From an uncultured Mycoplasmatota bacterium (GTDB lineage Bacteria > Bacillota_I > Bacilli_A > RF39 > UBA660), in NCBI GenBank assembly GCA_900551455.1, contig URVV01000005.1, positions 2,153-66,152 on the forward strand: a stretch of DNA of 64,000 nt. Direction: 5' to 3'. Of the stretch, positions 16,391-26,727 are shown one piece after another. The translations under genes and the position numbers were made by a program. Each line of letters begins with the position of its first letter. The stretch's first letter is position 1. Below the pieces are notes generated by a model that was not told where the DNA came from, did no database searches, and saw only the letters and a list, made by a program, of their open reading frames with translations.

Positions 16391-16500
16391 CATTTCCTCC
16401 TTGCATACCCATATTAAGTATACCATATTTCCCCATAATTAATAAATAAACTTGACTAAAAACAAATAATTCTTCATAATATTTAACAAGTGAGGTATAT

Positions 16501-17286
16501 ATGAAAAAAACAAATAAAATCCAAAGATATCCCAATAAAAAAACTATACTTGTCTATATTGCTATTAGATTTTTAGTAATTCTCTGTCTAATAATGCAAA
16601 TAATTCATAACGAATTAGGAAACGCCTTTCTCTGTCTACTAACCCTTATCCTAATAACATTACCATTTCTATTTGAAAAAAAGTTTAAAATATCCCTTCC
16701 TAGTACCTTAGAAATAGTTATTATATTATTTATTTTTGCTGCTGAAATACTAGGAGAAATTAATAATTTTTATCGTATATTTAAACATTGGGATACTATC
16801 CTCCATACTATAAATGGCTTTATCTGTGCCGGTATTGGCTATTCTATGGTTGATTTATTAAACAAAAACACCAAAAAAGTAAACCTATCAAAATCATATC
16901 TTCTACTAGTATCCTTTACTTTTTCTATGACAATAGGAGTCATTTGGGAATTTTGCGAATATACAATGGATAAAGTATTTTTAACAGATATGCAAAAAGA
17001 TACTCAAATAACTACTATCTCTTCAGTATATCTAAATGAAAAAGGTGAAAACAAAGCAATTACTCTAAAAGATATCGAATATACCAAAATATACTCTAAA
17101 GATAAAAACGGAAATACTATCGAAACTATTATTGGAGGTTATTTAGATATTGGCCTAAATGATACCATAAAAGATCTCCTAGTTAATTTTTTAGGAGCCA
17201 TCATTTTTAACCTAATTGCCTATCTTCATATTAAAGATAATCAAAAGTATCCACTAGCTGAAGAATTTATTCCTACTAAAATATAG
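16501..17286 (+). CDS. Polytopic membrane protein of unknown function
   Basis: Multiple hydrophobic segments and RBS GTGAGGT. Confidence 0.7.
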   Translation: MKKTNKIQRYPNKKTILVYIAIRFLVILCLIMQIIHNELGNAFLCLLTLILITLPFLFEKKFKISLPSTLEIVIILFIFAAEILGEINNFYRIFKHWDTILHTINGFICAGIGYSMVDLLNKNTKKVNLSKSYLLLVSFTFSMTIGVIWEFCEYTMDKVFLTDMQKDTQITTISSVYLNEKGENKAITLKDIEYTKIYSKDKNGNTIETIIGGYLDIGLNDTIKDLLVNFLGAIIFNLIAYLHIKDNQKYPLAEEFIPTKI

Positions 17287-17335
17287 ATTGCCTGTAAATA
17301 AAAAATATATTATAATATACATATAAGGAGAAAAT

Positions 17336-18100
17336 ATGAAAAATAATTTAGAATTAAAACCAATAATAAAAAGAGTTTGTGCTTATTTAATAGATATTCT
17401 ATTAATAATGATATTTGCAACAATCATTTCCAACATAAAATTTATTAATAATAAATATCAAAAGTATCAAGAAAAATATCAAGAATTTAGTAATATTTAT
17501 CAAGAATATCTTGAACTAAATAAGTTATTAGAAAAGAGTTATGAAGATAAAGAAATAACTAAAGAAGAATACGAAAAACTAATTGAAAACGAAACATACA
17601 AAAGCATCTTTGAGGAAGAATACCAAGATGAAAAAATAGAAGCATCTGAATACAAAAATATTCAAAAAAAGATTAATAGCAAATATACTACCATTGCTAA
17701 AGAATATGATTATCAACTCCAAAAACTAGGAACATATAATACTATTCTGACTATCACTTGTACATTTATTTATTTCGTAATTATTCAATATCTACTAAAA
17801 GGTCAAACCATTGGTAAAAAGATATTAGGAATTAAGATAGTATCCTCAAATGACAAAAAACTAACTATTTTAACATATACTCTTAGAAGTCTAATAATTA
17901 ATAATATCTTCTTAAACACTATCAACCTAATTTTCTTAAACTATACCAATAAAAATACCTTCAATACTGCTAATACCATCATTGATTTTCTAATAAGCTT
18001 TATCGAAGCTGTAACAATATTTCTTATCATAACTAGAGAAGATCATCGTGGAATTCACGATTTATGTTGTCATACTAAAGTCATCTCTACTAAAGAATAA
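17336..18100 (+). CDS. RDD-family membrane protein with a coiled-coil insert
   Basis: RVCAYLIDILLI...REDHRGIHDL, the RDD-type pattern. Confidence 0.7.
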   Translation: MKNNLELKPIIKRVCAYLIDILLIMIFATIISNIKFINNKYQKYQEKYQEFSNIYQEYLELNKLLEKSYEDKEITKEEYEKLIENETYKSIFEEEYQDEKIEASEYKNIQKKINSKYTTIAKEYDYQLQKLGTYNTILTITCTFIYFVIIQYLLKGQTIGKKILGIKIVSSNDKKLTILTYTLRSLIINNIFLNTINLIFLNYTNKNTFNTANTIIDFLISFIEAVTIFLIITREDHRGIHDLCCHTKVISTKE

Positions 18101-18102
18101 TA

Positions 18103-18131
18103 AAAGAATCCATTAATCAATGGATTCTTTT
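18103..18131. terminator. Bidirectional terminator between convergent genes
   Basis: 12-bp perfect stem AAAGAATCCATT / AATGGATTCTTT. Confidence 0.8.
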
Positions 18132-18140
18132 ATTATATAA

Positions 18141-18707
18141 TTATAACTCTATCGTCGAAATAGTCTTCTTAATACCCTTAGCAATCTCATTAATATATTT
18201 CTTAGCTACAATCATATCAGCAATATCAGATATTGCATATACCACAATTATTACTCCTAATAAAGTCATTACAATATTTGAAGTAATAAGCGGATGTAAT
18301 ATAAATAATATACCACATATTAAAGATATAATAGATAAAATTAATAACATAACCCAAGGAACATCATCATATTCTTTGCAAGTAAGCGAAATTCTAATTT
18401 TAAGAATACTATCAACAATAAACCATACGCCCATTACCATAGGAATAAGATTACTTAACCAACTTGGATTAACTAAAAGTAAAATTCCCAATACTAAAGT
18501 AAGTATCCCTACAACCAAAGTATCTAAAAAGAAACGATAATCAATAACACAAAAATATATCCCTAAAACAATAAACATAATAGCTATACTATAAGCAACA
18601 ACTGTTAAAGATATATTTGGAAACAATATCATTCCAAGCCCTAACAATATAAATAAAACTGACACAAGTATTGAAGAATTAATAAAATTATTAATTTTCT
18701 TTAACAA
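18141..18707 (-). CDS. HdeD/DUF308-like membrane protein
   Basis: Six hydrophobic segments typical of DUF308. The likely start is TTG at 18707, 7 nt after GGAGG. Confidence 0.65.
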   Translation of the reverse strand: MLKKINNFINSSILVSVLFILLGLGMILFPNISLTVVAYSIAIMFIVLGIYFCVIDYRFFLDTLVVGILTLVLGILLLVNPSWLSNLIPMVMGVWFIVDSILKIRISLTCKEYDDVPWVMLLILSIISLICGILFILHPLITSNIVMTLLGVIIVVYAISDIADMIVAKKYINEIAKGIKKTISTIEL

Positions 18708-18738
18708 AGTATTCACCTCCTAACTTTAGTATAACTAA

Positions 18739-18794
18739 ATATTAACAAATTATTTCAATATAAGCAATAAAAAAACCCATATTAACAAATTATT
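18739..18794. repeat. 16-bp direct repeat ATATTAACAAATTATT x2 (40-bp period) in the promoter region of the DUF308 gene
   Basis: Exact copies at 18739-18754 and 18779-18794. Confidence 0.8.
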
Positions 18795-18829
18795 CAACAT
18801 AAATTTACATAATGTTTAAAAAACTAAAC

Positions 18830-19450
18830 CTAAAGTTTAGTTTTTTTTAAAACTCTTTCATATAACTCGTCTGCATACTTAAAGCTAACTATCTCTTTAA
18901 AATTATCAATATATTTTCCTCGATCATTTTGATAATTTAAATAATAAGCATGTTCCCATAAATCAATATTAAATAGAGGAATATAACCTTCCAATAAAGG
19001 AGTATCTTGATTACTAGTATTAACTATTTCTATCTCTCTATCTTTATTAATAACTAAAAAAGTATATCCCGATCCCTTTACTTTTAATGCCATATCCTTA
19101 AAACTATTCCAAAAGTTATCAAAACTACCATACTTACTAATAATCTTACTATTTAAGTTCCCCTTAGGCAAATACTTCTCCTTATTCATACTTTCCCAAT
19201 ATAAAATATGATTTAAAACTCCTCCCAAATTAAATAAAATATTATCTCTATCCTCAACAGAAAAACTATTAATACGCTGTAAAAGTTCATATAAATTATC
19301 TTGATAATCATAATTATTCTTCTCTAACAACTTATTTAAATTATTCAAATAAGTTCTCATATGTTTATTATAATGTAATCCCATCGTATGAGTATCTATA
19401 TATGGTTCTAAATCCTCAAATAAATACTTAAGTTTAGGCAACTGATACAT
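18830..19450 (-). CDS. sodA: Superoxide dismutase (Fe/Mn family)
   Basis: YQLPKLKY..LEPYID..TM.LHYNKH and DLWEHAYYLNYQN. Start at the Met preceding YQLPKL (RBS GGAGAG). Confidence 0.92.
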   Translation of the reverse strand: MYQLPKLKYLFEDLEPYIDTHTMGLHYNKHMRTYLNNLNKLLEKNNYDYQDNLYELLQRINSFSVEDRDNILFNLGGVLNHILYWESMNKEKYLPKGNLNSKIISKYGSFDNFWNSFKDMALKVKGSGYTFLVINKDREIEIVNTSNQDTPLLEGYIPLFNIDLWEHAYYLNYQNDRGKYIDNFKEIVSFKYADELYERVLKKTKL

Positions 19451-19507
19451 TTTATCACTCTCCATTTAAATGTATGATAAAACTAATAAAATTACCCAAT
19501 AATAATT

Positions 19508-20092
19508 CTATTTATCAACCTGTTCAGTACTGCATAAACCATTATGATCTTTAAAATAATCTTCAATATGAGCAACAACTTGATTAGCATCATCAAATCT
19601 AAAAATATCAATATGATTACTAATCCAAGCATCACCACCAGCATTTATAATCTGATAATTTTTATTATAGTCAACATCATATAAGTAAATTTCTCCATCT
19701 AATTGACATTTAACAGAATATCCCCCAACAACCACATTATCTCTATTATTTATTCTAAAAATAATAAACAAAGCAATCGCAATTATAACAATAACAAAGA
19801 TAACTACTAAAAATATTCCCATTACCTTTAATATTCCTATTGTAATACCGGCTAATCTTTCAGTATTACTAATCTTTTGTACTAAAATATTATTTATATC
19901 ATTGTTAGTTAATTCATCCAAACTAACATCAAATATTTTAGCTAACATTTTAGCCTGATTAATATCCGGAGTCGTATCCCCAAGTTCCCATTTTGATATT
20001 GTCTGTCTAGTTACTCCAATCATCTCAGCTAATTCTTCCTGTGAAAGATTCTTCTTTTTTCTTAAATATCCTATTTTATTTCCTAAATTCAT
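19508..20092 (-). CDS. XRE-family HTH regulator with a TM segment and a C-terminal domain
   Basis: LGNKIGYLRKKKNLSQEELAEMIGVTRQTISKWE, then the TM segment GIFLVVIFVIVIIAIALFIIF. Confidence 0.85.
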   Translation of the reverse strand: MNLGNKIGYLRKKKNLSQEELAEMIGVTRQTISKWELGDTTPDINQAKMLAKIFDVSLDELTNNDINNILVQKISNTERLAGITIGILKVMGIFLVVIFVIVIIAIALFIIFRINNRDNVVVGGYSVKCQLDGEIYLYDVDYNKNYQIINAGGDAWISNHIDIFRFDDANQVVAHIEDYFKDHNGLCSTEQVDK

Positions 20093-20187
20093 ATTCTCTC
20101 CTTTCACAAAAAATCATATAATTTTCTCTTACAAAAATCTACCAATATTCTCTGGAATCTTCGCAATTATTCTTAACATTTAAAAGT

Positions 20188-20673
20188 TTATCTATGGATC
20201 TTCTTAAAAAATAAATAATAAATTAATATTCCATCTATTAGAAAATCATACACCCTTAATCTATCAAATAAAATAATACTAGATAAAATAGCAATACTTA
20301 CAATTCCTAAACTTATAATTTTAGAAAAGACTCCTTTTTCTTTAGTCATCCAAGCAAAATAAGCCATTACTGGAGAACAAAAAGCAAATACCGTCCATCC
20401 AATAATAAATTCTTTACTATAAACCCCATCACTAATAAATGCCACAAAATAATAAGTTATAAGCATACCTAGACAAAACAGTAAAATATTAACCATTGCC
20501 CCCTTTTTAGAATCACTATAAATAGAAATTAAAACCCCAAATAAAATCCATATTGCCATTTGTGAAAAAATATTTCCTAAATTTTGAGCATATATATCAA
20601 ATAATCTACTAATAACTCCTAATAAAAGTCCTATTACAAACATACTTAAAGGATTTAAAATATACTTTTTCAT
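20188..20673 (-). CDS. Membrane protein of unknown function
   Basis: Five hydrophobic segments and RBS AAGGAAGGA. Confidence 0.7.
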   Translation of the reverse strand: MKKYILNPLSMFVIGLLLGVISRLFDIYAQNLGNIFSQMAIWILFGVLISIYSDSKKGAMVNILLFCLGMLITYYFVAFISDGVYSKEFIIGWTVFAFCSPVMAYFAWMTKEKGVFSKIISLGIVSIAILSSIILFDRLRVYDFLIDGILIYYLFFKKIHR

Positions 20674-20694
20674 AATATCATCCTTCCTTCTAAA

Positions 20695-20898
20695 TCATAT
20701 TTTCTTAAACAATATTACTTTTTCTTTCATTAGTATTCTCTCAACTTCATACCCATATTCTTTCAATTCCTTCTTATAAGTTAAAAAAGAATGATCAATC
20801 TCAAATCCTAGAATATCTTTTATATCACTATAAGTTAATCTATAATTATCCTTTTTCTTTTCTCTCAAATACTTCCATAATGGCTCATATTTACTCAT
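20695..20898 (-). CDS. Small conserved hypothetical protein (67 aa)
   Basis: Start at MSKYEPLWKYL, preceded by GGAGGA. The longer track ORF has no RBS. Confidence 0.6.
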   Translation of the reverse strand: MSKYEPLWKYLREKKKDNYRLTYSDIKDILGFEIDHSFLTYKKELKEYGYEVERILMKEKVILFKKI

Positions 20899-20983
20899 GC
20901 TTTCCTCCACATATAATTTTATATACATCATTATATCATAGTATCTAAAAAAGAGGGTACAAATCATTGCCCCTCAAATAAAA

Positions 20984-21700
20984 TTATTTCTTTCTTAAAA
21001 TAATTGCTATAAAATTTAAGTATTTCAATGCTCCAGCTTCGATAGCTCTCCTATCATTTTTAGCATATTCATTATCACATTTTATCCAATCATTCCAACA
21101 CTCTTCATTACTTTCCATCTCATAAATAGAAACAATTTCACATTTTTTTGACTTAGAAATAATATTTTTCCAATATTTTATATCATGGATATAATCTAAT
21201 TGCTCCTTAGTCCAAGATAACAACAGTTCTTTATGAATTTTCCTATGACAATCCTTTTTCATTCCAGGTACTACTATATAAACATATCCACCAGTCTTTA
21301 TAAATGGTAAAAGCTTTTCATCCAAATAATTTTCATCTCTTCCAAAATAATTGTAAGAATCCGTACTAACAACTGCATCAAAAAAATCCTTATCATATTT
21401 TAAGTCATTTGCATCAGCACATACAGGAATAATTTGTTCACCAGTTAAACTCATTTCATTAAAAAACTTTCTATTTACTTCTGGATCACTCCAAAGATCA
21501 GTTGCATATACCTTAAATCCATATTCTTTTACTAAAAAAACTGCCGTAATACCTTGACCACTTCCAAGATCCATTACTATAGAACCCCGCTTAGTTCTAT
21601 TATTATTCATAAGTTCTTCTTCTAATTTTAATGGGTTAGGTCCCATAATCTTTTGATTAACTAAGTCTATATTATATTTTTTTGCTTTCTCATATTTCAT
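20984..21700 (-). CDS. Class I SAM-dependent methyltransferase
   Basis: VMDLGSGQGI (motif I) and ATDLW. Confidence 0.8.
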   Translation of the reverse strand: MKYEKAKKYNIDLVNQKIMGPNPLKLEEELMNNNRTKRGSIVMDLGSGQGITAVFLVKEYGFKVYATDLWSDPEVNRKFFNEMSLTGEQIIPVCADANDLKYDKDFFDAVVSTDSYNYFGRDENYLDEKLLPFIKTGGYVYIVVPGMKKDCHRKIHKELLLSWTKEQLDYIHDIKYWKNIISKSKKCEIVSIYEMESNEECWNDWIKCDNEYAKNDRRAIEAGALKYLNFIAIILRKK

Positions 21701-21789
21701 CTTATCTCCTCCTATAATTTCACATTATAAATTATAGTTGAGATCCAATATACCAATACTAATTTTTTCCAAAAATTTCCTCCCAAAAA

Positions 21790-21996
21790 CTACTTTTTTT
21801 CATTTTTCTGACTATTAGTTATGTAATTAACAGTAAGAATAATTCCTACTAAATTAATTCCAATAGAAAGTCCAAGCAACAATCCACTTCCAAATTCTGC
21901 TAAAGAACTCTTTTCATTTCCAATAAAATATATATAAGATAAATATAATATATTTCCTAAAATAATTAATCCTGTTCCAGACTTTAATTTATTCAT
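21790..21996 (-). CDS. Small two-TM membrane protein
   Basis: Start at MNKLKSG after GAAGGAGGA. Confidence 0.55.
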   Translation of the reverse strand: MNKLKSGTGLIILGNILYLSYIYFIGNEKSSLAEFGSGLLLGLSIGINLVGIILTVNYITNSQKNEKK

Positions 21997-22181
21997 CTTA
22001 TATCCTCCTTCTAATATAAAAATCACTCAATGTATAGTATTCCCCTTTAAATAATTTTTAAAATATTGAGTACCTTTTTAAATTTTGTATTCCTAAATTA
22101 TCATCTACTTTTGATAATTTTTGCACAATTATAGTACAATTTAATATAAAAACTCGAAAAAAATCGAGTTATCAATCAATC

Positions 22182-22255
22182 TGGTGCCGCTTGGCAGAAT
22201 TGAACTGCCCTCTGAAGCTTACCATGCTTCTGTTCTACCACTAAACTAAAGCGGC
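22182..22255 (-). tRNA. tRNA-Thr (anticodon GGU)
   Basis: Minus-strand read: GCCGCTT-TA-GTTTAGTGGTAGAAC-A-GAAGC-ATGGTAA-GCTTC-AGAG-GGCAG-TTCAATT-CTGCC-AAGCGGC-A-CCA. The cloverleaf pairs throughout. Confidence 0.9.
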
Positions 22256-22361
22256 TAAATTTCCCCCAAACAAAATTATATAATATAAATTAAAAAAAAT
22301 AAACCATTTAATATAAAAAAATTAAAAATATGTTAAAATAACTATATGGAGATGATTATAA

Positions 22362-23228
22362 ATGAAAAGTAAAGTCTATTTTACTCAAAAACTATCAAGC
22401 AGTTCCTTAGTAGATATATATCAAAAAGCTAATGTTAACTTAACCGGAAAAGTAGCCGTAAAAGTTCATTCTGGAGAAGCTGGAAATCAAAACTTTCTTC
22501 GCCCAGAATACTTTAAAGATTTAATTAACTATGTATCAGGAACCGTTGTTGAATGCAATACAGCCTATGATGGAAAAAGAAATACAACTGAAAAACACCA
22601 ACAATTATTAAAAGATCATAAATGGACTGAATATTTTAATGTTGACCTATTAGATGCCACCGAACCAGATTTAGAAGTATCTATTCCTAACGGGAAAGTA
22701 ATCAAGAAAAACTTTTTAGGAAAAAATATTAAAAACTACGACTCAATGCTAGTCTTATCACATTTTAAAGGTCACCCAATGGGCGGATACGGTGGTGCAT
22801 TAAAACAACTATCTATCGGATGTGCTTCTTCCTATGGAAAAGCTTATATTCATGGGGCAGGGGATCCAGCAAAACTTTGGACCGCCAATCACGATTCATT
22901 TCTAGAATCAATGGCTGATGCCGCCTCATCCGTAACCAAGTTATTTAATAATAATATCGTCTACATTAATGTTATGTCCAATATGTCCGTCGACTGTGAT
23001 TGTTGTGCCAAAGCTGAAGAACCATGTATGAAAGACATCGGCATACTTCTATCAACTGATCCCGTTGCTATAGACAAAGCTTGCCTAGATTTAGTATACA
23101 ATTCCACAGATCCAGGAAAAGAACATTTAATTGAAAGAATCGAATCAAGAAATGGTACTCATACCATCGAATGTGCTAAAGAACTAGGAATTGGTTCTAC
23201 AGAATATGAATTAATAAACATTGATTAA
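22362..23228 (+). CDS. DUF362-family protein (putative Fe-S binding)
   Basis: KVYFT...GKVAVKVHSGEAGNQNFLRP...TVVECNTAYDGKR, plus a C-terminal CDCC cluster. Confidence 0.7.
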   Translation: MKSKVYFTQKLSSSSLVDIYQKANVNLTGKVAVKVHSGEAGNQNFLRPEYFKDLINYVSGTVVECNTAYDGKRNTTEKHQQLLKDHKWTEYFNVDLLDATEPDLEVSIPNGKVIKKNFLGKNIKNYDSMLVLSHFKGHPMGGYGGALKQLSIGCASSYGKAYIHGAGDPAKLWTANHDSFLESMADAASSVTKLFNNNIVYINVMSNMSVDCDCCAKAEEPCMKDIGILLSTDPVAIDKACLDLVYNSTDPGKEHLIERIESRNGTHTIECAKELGIGSTEYELINID

Positions 23229-23296
23229 TAATAAACAATTACCATAACCATAAAATCACTCCCTTCATAAAATATCATAAGGAAGGAAGTGATACT

Positions 23297-24124
23297 ATCA
23301 ATTGTAGAGTATTACAAAGCGGAAAATGCGAAATAACACAGTGGTATGGTAATAACGGCCACAGAGGCATCGATATTGTCGGAGCAAACTATACCTTAGA
23401 TAAAGTCGTAGCTCACAGTTCTGGAATTATCTCATATATCCAAGATGGCTACGACAATATGCGTGGAAGTTCCGGTAACGCCTCATATGGTAACTATATA
23501 AAAATAGAACACGATAACAACATAACAACCTTATATGCCCATCTAGAGAAAGGAATAAAGTTAAAAAAAGGACAAAAAGTAGAAAAAGGACAATTTTTAG
23601 GAAATATGTCGGATAGTGGAAACGCTTATGGCAAACATTTACATTTTGAAATATATAACGGCCCCACAAGACTAGATCCAATAAAATATTTAGATGCAGA
23701 TCTAACTTCAAATACAAAACCAACTAGTAAATCTCTAACTATTGGCACCACTGTAACAATTAATGGCGTATATAAATCAAGTACCAGTAAAGACCGTTTA
23801 ACCCCATTAATAAAAAGTGGCATAATTACCCGTATTATTGAAAACGCTCCTAATCCATATCTCCTAAATAACGGCGATATCGGTTGGATAAACGAATCAT
23901 GTATTGTTAAAACAACATCCGAAGAAAAAAATCAATACCTATCAAATCCTAACTATACCGGTTTCTCAATCGTTGATGCCCTAAAAGGAATTAATATAGA
24001 TTCCTCATACAATTATCGTTCTACCTTAGCAAAACTCAATAACATCGAAAACTATACTGGTACCGGTATTCAAAATACTCAAATGTTAAACCTTTTAAAA
24101 CAAGGAAAATTAAAATATAAATAA
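23297..24124 (+). CDS. M23 peptidase, SH3-like domain and a C-terminal wall-binding-like module (lysin-like); no canonical start codon
   Basis: The frame is open from 23225. HRGIDIV (HxxxD) and KHLHFEI (HxH) are intact but lie upstream of the first ATG (23459). There is no ATG, GTG or TTG between 23225 and 23459. The SD-like AAGGAAGGAAG (23279-23289) is followed at suitable spacing by ATC 23297. Confidence 0.55.
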   Translation: MNCRVLQSGKCEITQWYGNNGHRGIDIVGANYTLDKVVAHSSGIISYIQDGYDNMRGSSGNASYGNYIKIEHDNNITTLYAHLEKGIKLKKGQKVEKGQFLGNMSDSGNAYGKHLHFEIYNGPTRLDPIKYLDADLTSNTKPTSKSLTIGTTVTINGVYKSSTSKDRLTPLIKSGIITRIIENAPNPYLLNNGDIGWINESCIVKTTSEEKNQYLSNPNYTGFSIVDALKGINIDSSYNYRSTLAKLNNIENYTGTGIQNTQMLNLLKQGKLKYK

Positions 24125-24134
24125 AGTAAAAAAG

Positions 24135-24165
24135 CATCTATGTATATCTATCATAGATGATTTTT
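24135..24165 (+). terminator. Rho-independent terminator
   Basis: CATCTATG / CATAGATG stem followed by TTTTT. Confidence 0.7.
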
Positions 24166-24177
24166 AAAGGAGATTAT

Positions 24178-26667
24178 ATGAAATATCAAGGATTAACCGA
24201 CAAAGAAGTCATTGAATTAAGAAAAAAATATGGAAAAAATGAATTAAATAAAAATAAAAAAGAAAACTTTTTAAAAAAGCTGATCTTAATTATTTGTGAA
24301 CCAATGTTCCTTATGCTATTAATATCAGCTACCATCTACTTCCTTTTAGGATCACCTCGTGATGGTATAATAATGTTAATCTTTGTAGTAGGCATTATTT
24401 CCATAGATATAATTCAAGAATGGAAAACCGACAAAACCATTAAAGCATTAAAAAAATTATCATCTCCTCAAATAACCGTTCTAAGGAATAATCAAAAAGT
24501 AGTAATTGACAGTAGTCTCTTAGTACCCGGAGATATTATCTACATTCACGAAGGAGTAAAAATTCCTGCTGATGGTTATGTTATTAAAAGTAACAATTTA
24601 AAAGTAGATGAATCAACCTTAACTGGCGAATCAATAAATGTATATAAAACAACAGATCCAGACCTATCATCAAACCATTGGCTTAAAAACTATTGTTACC
24701 AAGGAACACTAGTAACTGGAGGTACTGGCATTATTAAAGTAGATAAAACAGGTTCTAATACCGAATACGGAAAAATTGGCACCAGTATCAATCGTATAAA
24801 GGAAGACATAAGCCCCCTTCAAAAACAAGTTAATAATTTAGTTAAAACCTGTTCAATAATAGCTATAATTCTATTTCTATTAGTAACTATCTTAAATTTT
24901 ATCAATCTATCCTCACTACCATTAAAACAAAGAATAATTGAAAGTATCCTCTCAGGCATCACCCTAGCAATGGCTATGATCCCCGAAGAATTTCCTGTTG
25001 TCCTAACCGTCTTCTTATCAATGGGTGCTTGGCGTTTAGCCAAAAAACATTCCCTCATCAAAAAACTAGAATCAATTGAAACCCTTGGTGCAATATCTGT
25101 CCTATGCGTAGATAAAACAGGTACCATTACCAAAAATCAAATGGAAATAACAAAAATTTATTACGAAAACTGTCAAGAAAAAGACTTAATAAAAGCAATG
25201 TGTCTATGTTCTGAAGAAGATACCTATGATCCAATGGAGCAAGCTATTTTTAACTATGCAAAAAAAATAGGACTTACCAAAGAAGAAATATACATAGGTA
25301 CCAAAATAAAAAATTATCCTTTTCTGAATGAAAATAAAATGATGGCTTCAATTTGGGAAGAACAAGAAAAAATAAATCTTTATGTCAAAGGATCACCAGA
25401 AAATATCCTTAAACAATGTCATCTCTCAAAAGAAAAACTAACTAATATAAATAATAACATTCAAAAAATGCAAGAAGAAGGCTTGAGAGTAATTGCTGTC
25501 GCTACAAAAAAACATCTAAAAAATGAAAATATTAACAAAGAACTAACTAGCCAAGAATTAACTATCTTAGCCCTAGTAGGATTTCTTGATCCCCCTAAAG
25601 ATAATTTAAAAGAATATATTGAAATATGTAACAAAGCTGGAATAAAAGTAGTAGTAATCACCGGGGATAATGGCCTAACCGCATCCAAAATAGCTTCTAC
25701 CATCGGTATACCTAATCCTAATAATATTCTTCCAGGAAATATTCTAGATACCCTAAACGATGAACAATTAAAAGAACAATCAAAAGATATAACTATTTAT
25801 TCAAGAGTAATACCAGAACATAAAATGCGTATAGTCAAATCATATCAAGATAAAAATTTAATCGTTGCTATGACAGGCGACGGAGTAAATGATGCTAGTT
25901 CTTTAAAACAAGCTAATATCGGTATTGCTATGGGAAATCGAGGGAGTGAAGTATCAAAAGAATCAGCCGACTTAATTTTATTAGACGACAACTTTAAAAC
26001 TATTATTGATACTATTAAAGACGGACGAAGAATATATGATAATTTAAAAAAATCAATAAGTTATATATTAACTATTCATATTCCTATAGCTATGTCATCA
26101 TTAGTAGCCTCTATATTAGGAGTATCCCCTACTAATCTAATGCTCTTACCATTACATATTGTTATCTTAGAATTAATAATAGATCCAACTTGTTCTATTA
26201 TTCTAGAAAGAATTCCTCCAGAAGATAACATAATGAATAGACCTCCAAGAAACATAAACGAAAATATTCTTGATAAAGATACTCTAGTTATAAGCCTCCT
26301 AAAAGGAATAACTATCTTTCTAGCAGCTTTTATAACTTACTTCTATTATCTACCAAGTAACGTTTCCTTAGCAAGAACAATGGGATTTATCATTATAGTT
26401 ATATCTAATATCTTTTTAGTAATTATTACCGCAAGTAATCAAAAATATGTCTATCAAACCATTCCATTTCTTCTAAAAGATAAAGTAATAACTAGCATTC
26501 ATATTACAATAATAGCTATCATTCTAATTCTCTTATATACAAAAATAAATACATTTCTAAATCTAACACCCTTATCCTTATCAAACATCATAATATCTAT
26601 TATAATTTCCTTCATCGCTACCTTTTGGTACAAAATAGTAAAATATATAAAGAATAATTATTACTAG
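24178..26667 (+). CDS. Cation-transporting P-type ATPase (P2/Ca2+-type)
   Basis: LTGES, CVDKTGTITKN, VITGDN and MTGDGVNDA. Start at ATG 24178 after AAAGGAG. Confidence 0.92.
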   Translation: MKYQGLTDKEVIELRKKYGKNELNKNKKENFLKKLILIICEPMFLMLLISATIYFLLGSPRDGIIMLIFVVGIISIDIIQEWKTDKTIKALKKLSSPQITVLRNNQKVVIDSSLLVPGDIIYIHEGVKIPADGYVIKSNNLKVDESTLTGESINVYKTTDPDLSSNHWLKNYCYQGTLVTGGTGIIKVDKTGSNTEYGKIGTSINRIKEDISPLQKQVNNLVKTCSIIAIILFLLVTILNFINLSSLPLKQRIIESILSGITLAMAMIPEEFPVVLTVFLSMGAWRLAKKHSLIKKLESIETLGAISVLCVDKTGTITKNQMEITKIYYENCQEKDLIKAMCLCSEEDTYDPMEQAIFNYAKKIGLTKEEIYIGTKIKNYPFLNENKMMASIWEEQEKINLYVKGSPENILKQCHLSKEKLTNINNNIQKMQEEGLRVIAVATKKHLKNENINKELTSQELTILALVGFLDPPKDNLKEYIEICNKAGIKVVVITGDNGLTASKIASTIGIPNPNNILPGNILDTLNDEQLKEQSKDITIYSRVIPEHKMRIVKSYQDKNLIVAMTGDGVNDASSLKQANIGIAMGNRGSEVSKESADLILLDDNFKTIIDTIKDGRRIYDNLKKSISYILTIHIPIAMSSLVASILGVSPTNLMLLPLHIVILELIIDPTCSIILERIPPEDNIMNRPPRNINENILDKDTLVISLLKGITIFLAAFITYFYYLPSNVSLARTMGFIIIVISNIFLVIITASNQKYVYQTIPFLLKDKVITSIHITIIAIILILLYTKINTFLNLTPLSLSNIIISIIISFIATFWYKIVKYIKNNYY

Positions 26668-26727
26668 ATAAGTATAATTTACATTAAAGATAATTATTCA
26701 TATTCTATTACTGAAGGAGGAATTCAC

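Noticed and set aside
23225-24124. Prophage around the M23/SH3 lysin-like gene.
   Set aside because: There are no holin, portal, terminase, tail or integrase genes on either side. The neighbours are a DUF362 gene and a P-type ATPase.
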